This document shows positions 13,628 to 22,572 of a stretch of DNA of 64,000 bases, one piece after another. The notes beneath the pieces are model-generated. The model worked only from the letters and a program-made list of their open reading frames with translations. It did no database searches and was not told the DNA's origin. A program made the position numbers and the translations under genes. Every line of letters starts with the position of its first letter. Position 1 is the first letter of the stretch. Source of the DNA: Gemmatimonadaceae bacterium (GTDB lineage: Bacteria > Gemmatimonadota > Gemmatimonadetes > Gemmatimonadales > Gemmatimonadaceae); the NCBI GenBank assembly GCA_040902005.1, contig JBBDYA010000084.1, positions 35,720 through 99,719 on the forward strand, in the 5' to 3' direction.

Positions 13628-13647
13628 GATCGCCTCGCCCCCCCCCG

Positions 13648-14514
13648 CTACGCCGTCTTCCGGCGCTTCCTGGGACGCTCCTTCGCGGGCTTCGCCTCGC
13701 TCGCGTCGGCGGCGGCGGCCTTCGGCTTCCGCTTCTTCTTGCCCTGCGCGAGGCTCTCCTGCAAACGCGTCATGAGGTCGATCACGTTGGTGGCTTCCGG
13801 CTCGTCGGGCTCTTCCACCTCGATCTTCTTTCCCTTCAATTTCGCGTTGATGATCTTCATCAGGTTGTCGCGGTACTCGTCGGTGTACTTCTCCGGCGCG
13901 AACTCGTCCGCGAGCGTGTTGACGAGCTGCTCGGCCATGCTGAGCTCCGCGGGACGCACGTTGTCGGCGGAGGGAAAGGTGAACGACGACGCGTCCACCA
14001 GCTCGTCCGCGTAGCGCATGATCTCCATGACGAGCGCGTCCTCGATGACCTTGATGGCGACGAGGTGCATTGAATTGGAGCGCATCGTCACCTTGCCGAT
14101 GCCCACCATGCCGGTGCTGCGGATCGCCTCGCGGAGGAGCGCATACGCTTTTTCGCCTCCCTTCTGCGGCAGCAGGTAGTACGGCGTCTCGAAGTAGCGC
14201 GGGTCCACCTGGTCCGACTTCACGAAGTCCTGGATCTCGATGGATTTCGACGACTCCACGGCCGCCGCGCGGAAATCCTCATCCTCGAGAATCACGAACT
14301 TGCCCTTGGTGTATTCGTATCCCTTCACGATCTCGTCCCACGGCACCGCCTTCTCTTCCTTCGCGCACACGCGCTCGTACCTGATGGTGGAGTTGTCATG
14401 CTTGTGCAGCAGCCGGAAGCTGACCCGGTCCTCACTGCGAACGGCGGAGTGCAGCTCCACGGGAATGTTGACCAGGCCGAATGTGACGGCGCCCTTCCAG
14501 ATCGATCGCGGCAT
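13648..14514 (-). CDS. ku: NHEJ protein Ku
   Basis: MPRSIWKGAVTFGLVNIPV, IVKGYEY, YFETPYYL, basic C-terminal tail. Confidence 0.97.
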   Translation of the reverse strand: MPRSIWKGAVTFGLVNIPVELHSAVRSEDRVSFRLLHKHDNSTIRYERVCAKEEKAVPWDEIVKGYEYTKGKFVILEDEDFRAAAVESSKSIEIQDFVKSDQVDPRYFETPYYLLPQKGGEKAYALLREAIRSTGMVGIGKVTMRSNSMHLVAIKVIEDALVMEIMRYADELVDASSFTFPSADNVRPAELSMAEQLVNTLADEFAPEKYTDEYRDNLMKIINAKLKGKKIEVEEPDEPEATNVIDLMTRLQESLAQGKKKRKPKAAAADASEAKPAKERPRKRRKTA

Positions 14515-15111
14515 TGTGGTGGTGTGAGGTTCAGCGGTGACGAGTTGACGGGACCGCAACGATGAACGCGCCCGGGAAGCGGTGCAAGTCGAAGATTCGC
14601 AACGTGAAGGAGACGGTGGTGGGCAACAAGGATGCTATGAACACGGCGTCAACATTCCGATGTGGATTACGCGGAAGTTCTCCACGAAAGACGCATTGTT
14701 CTGAACATTCACGAGCGGTGGAAATCGATATCTGAGCGGCGCGAGCGCGTGGAATCTGAGCCAATCGCCGATCTCGAACGTGGTGATTTCCGCCGTCTTT
14801 TTCTGCCGCGATTTAGTCGCTTTCTAGCCAGTTATTTCGGCGACGTTTTTTCGAGCTATCCACGACTGTACACATGGCTTTTCAACGCGATTTCGGAGCT
14901 GCATCGCGTTGATCGCACACGTACTTAGCGCAATATCCCCAGATCTCCACACGCGCTATCCACATGAATGACAACAACTTACGACCACGAGCGCTATTGC
15001 GCGCGGATTGCACCGGTCCTACGTTGCGCTCCCCGCATCGAATTCGGCTTGCGGTTTGTGTGCTCGCGAGGCCGCGAGACCCTCCGAGACCCCACGTCGT
15101 ACCCCGTTCTC

Positions 15112-15432
15112 GTGCAACTCCTTCCCTGCAACCGCCCATCAGGACCGCTGGAGTCCGCGCCGCGCACCTCTTTGCGCGCCGATTCCGCACAGGAGCGGTG
15201 GGAAGGGTACTGGTGCGAGGGCGACGAGGGGTACTACGCGCGCTGCGTCCGCACGGACGGTACAGAGGGGTGGTACCGCGTGGCGGATGAGGACGTCATC
15301 GGCAGCATTCCGGTGCACAGGGCGCTGACGCCAGGCGCGCCGCGTGCCTGTCACCTGCGCTGGTCGAAGCTGGGCGCGCGGTCGATCCTGGTGGGGACGT
15401 CGCGGCGGCGTGCGGCGCGGAGCGCACGCTAG
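15112..15432 (+). CDS. Hypothetical Cys/Trp-rich protein (ORF open from 14968)
   Basis: GC3-biased codons from about 15112; its stop overlaps the stop of the convergent gene. Confidence 0.45.
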   Translation: MQLLPCNRPSGPLESAPRTSLRADSAQERWEGYWCEGDEGYYARCVRTDGTEGWYRVADEDVIGSIPVHRALTPGAPRACHLRWSKLGARSILVGTSRRRAARSAR

Positions 15433-16313
15433 TGCGCGCGCGACGAGAGCAGGTCGAGCTGCGGGGTCCGTCGGACGACGACGCGCGCGCCCGCTTCGTA
15501 CAGCCAGTCCAGCGCCGCATGGATGCGCGCATCGCCGGCGGTCGCTTCACCGGCGAGGGACAGGGCCACGAACATTCGCTGGCGCACATCGTCCGGCTCG
15601 CCGTGCAACCGGTAGAGCAACAGTTCGGTGGCGGCGTCGGTGAGATGGTGCAGCGCGAAGAAGAAGAAGCGCAGCGTCATCGCCCCCTCCTCGTCCGCGT
15701 CGGCCAGCGCGTCCGCCTCGCGCAGCGTGCGGCTTTCACGGATGGACGCAACGATCTCCATGGCGTGGTCCAGGCCGGACGGCCCTGCGCCGTCGAGCAC
15801 CTCGGACCACAGCTCGACGATGCCGCGCAAGTAGGCAGTGGCCCAGTCGTCGTCCACGCTCGGGACGAACAGCTTCGCGCGATGCAGGTTGAGCCAGGCA
15901 CGGAATTCCATGTCGCGCCCGGCGACCGTGGCGAGGGCGTTCAGCAGCAGGGTGTGATACAGCACGCCGTTGGCGTCCGTGTCCTCGAGGGGAATCGCCA
16001 CCGCGAGATCGAACGCGCGACGCGCCCCCGTCTCGAGAAAGTGGGCCCGCTCGGTGCGCTGCTCGACGGGCGCGCGCGTATTGGGATGCCCCCTTCCCAA
16101 CAGGTCCAGCCGCTCCCGCGCCGCGAGTTCGTACGCGCTCGAGAGGGGCAGCAACTGGTCGGAGACCGGTGCGTCAGCTACCCAGTCGCCGGCAAGAAGG
16201 TGTTTGCGAACATCCTGGGCGAACGCCAAGAGCGACTTTCGATCGGCGGCATCGAACACCGCGACCGCCCAGTGCGCATCCAGCAGTTCGCCACTGTCGT
16301 CCAGTGGGGCCAT
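15429..16313 (-). CDS. Hypothetical all-helical protein resembling the N-terminal domain of HamB/Ski2-like helicases; no helicase core
   Basis: Long ORF with typical codon bias (open to 16394); motifs HWAVA, AYELAA.E.LD, GARRAFDL, LHGEP; C-terminal QLDLL. Confidence 0.7.
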   Translation of the reverse strand: MAPLDDSGELLDAHWAVAVFDAADRKSLLAFAQDVRKHLLAGDWVADAPVSDQLLPLSSAYELAARERLDLLGRGHPNTRAPVEQRTERAHFLETGARRAFDLAVAIPLEDTDANGVLYHTLLLNALATVAGRDMEFRAWLNLHRAKLFVPSVDDDWATAYLRGIVELWSEVLDGAGPSGLDHAMEIVASIRESRTLREADALADADEEGAMTLRFFFFALHHLTDAATELLLYRLHGEPDDVRQRMFVALSLAGEATAGDARIHAALDWLYEAGARVVVRRTPQLDLLSSRAH

Positions 16314-16420
16314 GAATCTGGTTCGGAAACGCTTGAACCTTCGTGGAAACTCTGCACTGCCAACGTGTTGACGCACAAGGGGAAGCGCCGTCACAGACCG
16401 CGAACTTCCGGGGGGGCGTC

Positions 16421-16921
16421 ATGAGCCTCGAGCCAAACCCCGGGCAGCGGCTGCGCCTCTTTCTCCACTCCACGAACGACCTCCTTCTTCGACTGGAACT
16501 TCAGCAGGTACTGGACAGCTCATCGATGCCTTTTCAGCCAAGTGTAGGTCTCAGGAACACGATCGCATCGTGCGAATCGTGTCTGTCCGACGGCGTTGCC
16601 ACCATCAGGCGCGAGTCGCTGTGCGACCTGCACCGCGCGCGATACAACCTGGAGGTCTGCGCGGATCGCGCGGTGCTTCAGGAAGGACCGGTGGACCACC
16701 TCGACGACCTGATGCGCCGCGCGATGGCGTCCGGCGAGCTGGGCACCGAGCTCCTGACTGCGTTCCGCCGCCAGGCGCGTGCGCTCGACGCCGTCTGGGA
16801 GGCGTATCGCCGCGGCGCCGCCCAACTGCCGGACGGCGTGGCCGCGAACGTGGAGCGGGCCTTGGTCAAGGTGCCCCGCATCATCGGCGGACCGCCCGCC
16901 CGCGTCACCTCACTCGCCTGA
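16421..16921 (+). CDS. Hypothetical helical protein (start uncertain)
   Basis: 3' two-thirds show strong GC3 bias; co-oriented with and 21 bp upstream of the VOC gene. Confidence 0.55.
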   Translation: MSLEPNPGQRLRLFLHSTNDLLLRLELQQVLDSSSMPFQPSVGLRNTIASCESCLSDGVATIRRESLCDLHRARYNLEVCADRAVLQEGPVDHLDDLMRRAMASGELGTELLTAFRRQARALDAVWEAYRRGAAQLPDGVAANVERALVKVPRIIGGPPARVTSLA

Positions 16922-16942
16922 CCACACACCGGACCGATCGCC

Positions 16943-17419
16943 ATGAGTTTCCGCAGCGCCATCTCCCGCAACGTCGCGTCGTTGCAGCCGGAATACGTGC
17001 GACGCGCTCCCGTGGGCGGTCGCGACGCGGTCTTCCGGTTCTCGGTGCCCGTCCTCCGCGTGCGCGACGTGACGGCGACGGTCGCCTGGTATCGGCGGCA
17101 CCTCGGGTTCACCGCGGAAACGTTTCCCGAGCGGGGTCCGCACGAATTCGCGATTCTCGAACGGGACGGCGTGCAGCTCCTCGTGCGCCGGATGGCAGAC
17201 GGGCGGCGCGCCACCGACGGCCACTCCGGATGGGATCTCTACATTTGGGTGGATGGCGTGGACTTCACCCGGCTGGAAGCGGCCGTCGCGCTGGCGGGCG
17301 ACATCGTGCGCCCGCTGTCCACGATGGGCGAAAGCATCGCGGAGCTCGAGATCCGCGACCCCGACGGTTACGTGCTGTGCATTGGCGGTCCCACCCGAGC
17401 CAGCGTCACGCAGAGCTGA
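16943..17419 (+). CDS. VOC/glyoxalase/bleomycin-resistance family protein
   Basis: PVLRVRDV..TVAWY...LGF and EIRDPDGYVL motifs. Confidence 0.9.
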   Translation: MSFRSAISRNVASLQPEYVRRAPVGGRDAVFRFSVPVLRVRDVTATVAWYRRHLGFTAETFPERGPHEFAILERDGVQLLVRRMADGRRATDGHSGWDLYIWVDGVDFTRLEAAVALAGDIVRPLSTMGESIAELEIRDPDGYVLCIGGPTRASVTQS

Positions 17420-17421
17420 TC

Positions 17422-17616
17422 ATGACCATGACCCAGTCCACCGAGACCGGTCCGATCTTCACGCTGGAGGATGTGCTGCGCCTGCAGCGCCTGGCGGCGA
17501 GCTTCGAGTTCCGGGCACGTACCACGCGCCACCTCGAGGAAGCGCAGGACGCCGAGCGCGTGGCGAACCAGTTGCACGTGCTGGCGGACAAGGTGGCGCA
17601 GCACGTGGTTGCCTGA
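17422..17616 (+). CDS. Small hypothetical protein (64 aa)
   Basis: ATG 2 nt after the VOC stop; GC3-biased; helical character. Confidence 0.6.
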   Translation: MTMTQSTETGPIFTLEDVLRLQRLAASFEFRARTTRHLEEAQDAERVANQLHVLADKVAQHVVA

Positions 17617-17776
17617 CTGCGGGGAAATGGGAAGAGGGAAAGGGGAACAGCGAACGACAAGTGCGGGAAGGGGAAGAGGGAAGGGAGAGGGAGCGTTCTA
17701 ATCCCGTTCCCCTTCCCTTTCCCTTTTCCCGCCGTTGTCGTTTCGCCCTTCCCAATTCCCCCTTCCCTGTCAGTTG
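17617..17776. repeat. Long imperfect purine/pyrimidine palindrome, copy 2
   Basis: Same architecture as 11051-11222; shares GCGAACGACA and TTCCCCTTCCCTTTCCCTTT; lies between convergent genes. Confidence 0.8.
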
Positions 17777-18979
17777 TCAGTACAGCTCCGCCCACGCCCG
17801 CTCCTTCGCCTGAACGACCGTTGCGGAGCCGCGCATGGCGTGTTCCAGCGAGCACTGGGAGTAGTAGACGTCGATCGTGCCGTTGAACACGTCATCCGTG
17901 TCGGACGGGGTGTCGATGTGCGCGGCCATGATTCCGCCGTACAGCTTGGCGGTGCCGTTGCTCTTGAGGATCTTGCCCCTCACGATGATCAGCCCGTACC
18001 ACTCGAAATTGCCGTTGAACTTGAAGTCTCCGTCGATGAGGAGAATCCCCTGCCCGCGCCCGTGGTTCAGGTGCAGCGTGGTCGACGAGTAGATGATGGG
18101 GAAGTAGTTCTGGCATGCTGTCAGGACACCGGCCTTTGGCGCTCGCCACGGTTCTCCCCAGTTTGTGTTCACGGTCCTGTCGCAGGCGCCGTTGGTGGTG
18201 TCTGGCGCTGCTCCCGATGAGCCGGTCGTGATCGTGACGTTCCTCAGCTCGTAGAGCGAGGCCCAGGTCTCGTCACCGAAGTTCCCGTACGTCATGGTAT
18301 CGGCAGCCGCCGCATCGCGCGTCACGGCATCGGTGCCGCTGCCGTTTGGGCTGGTGACCGCAGACGCTTTCTGAATAAACACAGTTTCGCCAGGCGGGGC
18401 GACGATGGCGGGTTTGCCAGGCTGGGTCTCGTCACAGCCATCCCAGTCAGTCGGCAGGGCATTATTGCCGCTAATCGCGGACGCTCCCTTGATGTCGAGG
18501 CCACCGGCCGTGGTGACGGCCGCATCGACCTTGATGGAGGGAATACGCAGCCGCAGGATGGCGCCGATGCGCTTGATCGCCGTGCGCGACTTGCTCGCGG
18601 TGTTGCCCACCACCGCTTGCCCCTCGGAGACAATCCAGAACGTCTCGTTGTTCAGGCGCGTATACTTTACGGCGGCGGTGCCCTGATTTGCCAACGTATA
18701 CTCAGTGGGGTACGACTCTCCATTCTTCATCTGGAGATTCGGTGTCTTGTCCCAGTCTGCCTGGATCTTGTTCAGCCCGTACTCCGCGACGGCGAAGGCG
18801 CGCGCCTGCACCAGCTGGTTCTGACCCAGCCGGCTCTCCTGGAGCGCGATGGTAGACGAGCCGGCGACGAGCACGGCCAGCACGACGAGTGCGCCCAGCG
18901 CGAGCATCAGCGCGAACCCTTCACGCGAACGTCTGTCGCCTATGGCGCGAGCGGGAGTACGACGGGAGGGAGACAACAT
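17777..18979 (-). CDS. PilX-like minor pilin
   Basis: REG|FALMLALGALVVL prepilin leader without Glu5, ARAFAVAEYGL, C-terminal RAWAELY. Confidence 0.8.
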   Translation of the reverse strand: MLSPSRRTPARAIGDRRSREGFALMLALGALVVLAVLVAGSSTIALQESRLGQNQLVQARAFAVAEYGLNKIQADWDKTPNLQMKNGESYPTEYTLANQGTAAVKYTRLNNETFWIVSEGQAVVGNTASKSRTAIKRIGAILRLRIPSIKVDAAVTTAGGLDIKGASAISGNNALPTDWDGCDETQPGKPAIVAPPGETVFIQKASAVTSPNGSGTDAVTRDAAAADTMTYGNFGDETWASLYELRNVTITTGSSGAAPDTTNGACDRTVNTNWGEPWRAPKAGVLTACQNYFPIIYSSTTLHLNHGRGQGILLIDGDFKFNGNFEWYGLIIVRGKILKSNGTAKLYGGIMAAHIDTPSDTDDVFNGTIDVYYSQCSLEHAMRGSATVVQAKERAWAELY

Positions 18980-19023
18980 GATGGCAGGTTCCGGTGTGCG
19001 AGTGAAGAAGGCCGAAGAACGTC

Positions 19024-19998
19024 TCAGATGCGGTTGCGAATGCCGACCGTGAAGCGCAGCGAGTCGCCGCCCTGCAAGGTCGTGATGTTCGATGTGGCGC
19101 GTTGAATGGATTCCGAGGTGGTTCGGATCCCGACGCTCACCCGGGCGATCGTGGCCTTCAGGGCCTGGTCGGTTACAGGGGTGCCCGTCTGGTTGTAGTA
19201 GACGAAAAACAGTCCGCTGGTGAGCGTATCGGTCGTGATGGGCTTGATCGGTCCGGCGAGCAGTTCCTCGTCGTCGCACTCTCCCGCCGTGACTGGATCA
19301 GCATCGGGCGTGCAGAGCGCATAGCCCACGTACCAGTTTCCGTCGCTCGCCTCGTAGCCGGAATAGCGCACCTCCCGCGCGAAGCGGATGACGGAGCCGA
19401 TCTTGCTTCGGGTCTGGCTTGGCGCCACGCCGAGCGTGATCCGATGCCGCAGCTGCCCGTCATCGGCCGCCGTGGCATACGCCGGGGTGTTTGTCGAGGG
19501 ACACCACGTGGGATCCACCGCGGACGTGACGCCCGTGATGTTGTACCGTATCCACTCATCGTCCAAGTTGCCGGCCTCCAGACCTTCATCGTAGATGAAA
19601 GCCAGGTCGCCCACGGCGGGCGGATTGATCCAGGCCGACAGCACCGTTCCCGACTCCATATCCTGGGGTGGAAGCTCGATGACGTCCGCGCTGGCGTACT
19701 TGCACACGATGGACGTGCCGATGAACGCGCGGAACTGCATCGCATTCACCTCAAACGACAGAATGTCGGAACCCGCTGTCGACACGCCGCGCAAGTCGGT
19801 CGGCAGGATCGTGGCGATGTCGCGCATGCGCGCGCGCGCGTCCGTGACGCTCACGATGGCGCCGTGAAAGCGCTGCTGGCGCATGAGCAGCAGGGTCAGG
19901 GCGGTGCCGATGAAGCCCAGCAGGCCGACCACTACGAGCAGCTCGACGAGCGAGAAGCCGGCTCGGCGATGGTGGCTGAAAAACGTTGGATGGATCAT
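19024..19998 (-). CDS. PilW-like minor pilin
   Basis: RRAG|FSLVELLVV leader; ends TVGIRNRI. Confidence 0.8.
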   Translation of the reverse strand: MIHPTFFSHHRRAGFSLVELLVVVGLLGFIGTALTLLLMRQQRFHGAIVSVTDARARMRDIATILPTDLRGVSTAGSDILSFEVNAMQFRAFIGTSIVCKYASADVIELPPQDMESGTVLSAWINPPAVGDLAFIYDEGLEAGNLDDEWIRYNITGVTSAVDPTWCPSTNTPAYATAADDGQLRHRITLGVAPSQTRSKIGSVIRFAREVRYSGYEASDGNWYVGYALCTPDADPVTAGECDDEELLAGPIKPITTDTLTSGLFFVYYNQTGTPVTDQALKATIARVSVGIRTTSESIQRATSNITTLQGGDSLRFTVGIRNRI

Positions 19999-20417
19999 CA
20001 GGCCCCCGGCCGGCATGGGAGAAGCGTCGTGAACTGCTGTGACCTCGTGCCACTGCGCGTCTTCCACGATACGGTGTTGACCACCTCTCGCGTAGCGTTG
20101 ACACCCTCGGTCACGACCCAGCTCTCCGAGATGCCGCGCGACTCGGCCGTGGACGGGGTGCCGAGCGTCAGCGACGTGCACGCGGTGCCCGCGAGTTGCT
20201 CGAATCGCGACTCCGCGTGAATTGCCGCGAGGTTGGCCGCGCGCGCCTCGCCCAGACTGCGCGCGATGGTGGCACTCGTGCCCACGATCGCGAGCAGTCC
20301 CACCGCGAGAATCGTCATGGCCACGATCAGTTCCACGAGGGTGACACCCCGCCGTGGCCGGCGTGTGAAGCCCGTCCGCCCGTTCCCGGGCACTCGGCGT
20401 TGTCTGTTCATGGGCAT
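19998..20417 (-). CDS. PilV-like minor pilin
   Basis: RRG|VTLVELIVAMTILAVGLLAI leader. Confidence 0.85.
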   Translation of the reverse strand: MPMNRQRRVPGNGRTGFTRRPRRGVTLVELIVAMTILAVGLLAIVGTSATIARSLGEARAANLAAIHAESRFEQLAGTACTSLTLGTPSTAESRGISESWVVTEGVNATREVVNTVSWKTRSGTRSQQFTTLLPCRPGA

Positions 20418-20884
20418 CGGGTCCGAATCAGGTTGCCGAGCCGGGATACGCAGAGTGAATCGATCCGACCACTCCTCGTGTGCTTGAACTGGAACACCTT
20501 TTTCTCCGGCTGCACGGCCACGCCACGCGGATCGTATTCGATCGTGGCCAGCCCCGTGGGCGACGTGACCTCCACGCCGTAGGAACCCACCAGACTGTAG
20601 GGCACGGACACGATCACCGAGTCGTTGCCGGTCGTATCAACGATCACCCAGATCGCGTTCGACTTGTGCCGGAAGTACGACCGCCGTCCGCGCTGAATGG
20701 CCGCCTGCCGCGCCGTCATGACGGCGCGCGAGAAGCGGGTGGTGGCGCCGGAGAGCTGCGCCTGATCCTTCAGCGTGGTCATCCGGGGCACCGAGATCGC
20801 GCTGATGATCCCGATGATGACGATGACCATGATGAGCTCGAGGATGGTTATCCCGGCTCGGGGCAGGAAGCGGCCTGGCCGCAT
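20408..20884 (-). CDS. FimT/FimU/GspH-like minor pilin
   Basis: RAG|ITILELIMV leader, ARQAAIQR, IEYDPRG. Confidence 0.85.
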   Translation of the reverse strand: MRPGRFLPRAGITILELIMVIVIIGIISAISVPRMTTLKDQAQLSGATTRFSRAVMTARQAAIQRGRRSYFRHKSNAIWVIVDTTGNDSVIVSVPYSLVGSYGVEVTSPTGLATIEYDPRGVAVQPEKKVFQFKHTRSGRIDSLCVSRLGNLIRTRCP

Positions 20885-20919
20885 TGAATCTCCAGGTGCT
20901 GGGTGACGGGCTCAGGGAG

Positions 20920-21075
20920 AGCACGATGCGGTCCGGTAGTCAGGATTTATGTCAAGTCGTTATTCAACAACGACTTACTGACACAATGCGCCGCCGCAAT
21001 GACGCTCCGGTGAATGGGAAGTACGCAAATAGTTGCAGTATCATGCACTCTTTGCGTGGCAATAGCAATGCAACT
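20920..21075 (-). promoter_or_regulatory. Putative sigma54-type promoter with an IHF-like palindrome and upstream TGC/GCA-rich sites
   Basis: Minus-strand CGGACCGCATCGTGCT fits GG-N10-GC (20920-20935); palindrome AAGTCGTT-N7-AACGACTT (20954-20976); AT-rich region. Confidence 0.4.
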
Positions 21076-21081
21076 GGGTCT

Positions 21082-21557
21082 TCAAGCCTGTTTTGAGGCA
21101 GCCGCCAGGGCGTCTACAACCTCGTCGCCGTGCCCGCTGGGATCCACCTTCTCGAACACACGCGCCACCGTCCCCGCTGGATCGATGAGGAAGGTCGTCC
21201 GCGCGATACCCATGCGCTTCATGCCAAAGGTGTTCTTCTCCACCCACACGCCATACGCCCTGGCGATGGAATGATCGGTATCCACCAGCAGCGTCATGGG
21301 CAGGCCGTACTTGGCCTTGAACCGGGCGTGCGCCTCGACACTGTCGGGACTCACTCCCAGTGCCGCCGCATCGAGACCCTCGAACCGAGGGTAGGCGTCT
21401 CGGAACGAGCACGCCTCGATGGTTCAGCCAGGGGTATCGTCCTTGGGATAGAAGAACAGCGCGATCCAGCGCCCACGGTAGTCCCGGAGATTCACCGGTG
21501 CGCCTGCATCGTCCACGGCACTGAATTCAGGCGCGGAATCGCCGGCCCTGGGCATGC

Positions 21558-21561
<4 letters not shown>
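21082..21561 (-). CDS. bcp: Peroxiredoxin BCP/PrxQ with probable selenocysteine at the peroxidatic position
   Basis: FFYPKDDTPG-TGA(21424-21426)-TIEAC; the same frame continues through GVSPD, YGVW and ARTTFLID to the stop at 21082. GTGA overlap with argF. Confidence 0.85.
21393..21416 (-). promoter_or_regulatory. Candidate bacterial SECIS hairpin
   Basis: AGGCGU(G)CUCG-UUC-CGAG-ACGCCU, a 10-bp stem starting 7 nt after the UGA. Confidence 0.6.
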
Positions 21562-22469
<908 letters not shown>

Positions 22470-22474
22470 GTCTA

Positions 22475-22568
22475 AACGGTTCTCGGCGCCGCTTCGCGGC
22501 GGTAAGTTCTCGGCCGCGGCTACGCCGCGGGTCGGCCAACGTTCCGGGCCGCGGATGCGCCGCGGCGA
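22475..22568 (-). repeat. GNA-hairpin/GCCGAGAAC repeat, intergenic copy (hslU-argF)
   Basis: Minus strand CGCGGC-GTA-GCCGCG GCCGAGAAC ttac CGCCGC-GAA-GCGGC GCCGAGAAC, plus one degenerate unit. Confidence 0.75.
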
Positions 22569-22572
22569 TGAG

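Noticed and set aside
14662..14928. 88-aa ORF in the low-GC region
   Set aside because: Atypical codon usage, no clear RBS and no motif; treated as likely non-coding, though not excluded
21424..21426. bcp as a nonsense pseudogene
   Set aside because: The stop falls exactly on the catalytic Cys, the rest of the gene is intact, and a SECIS-like hairpin follows
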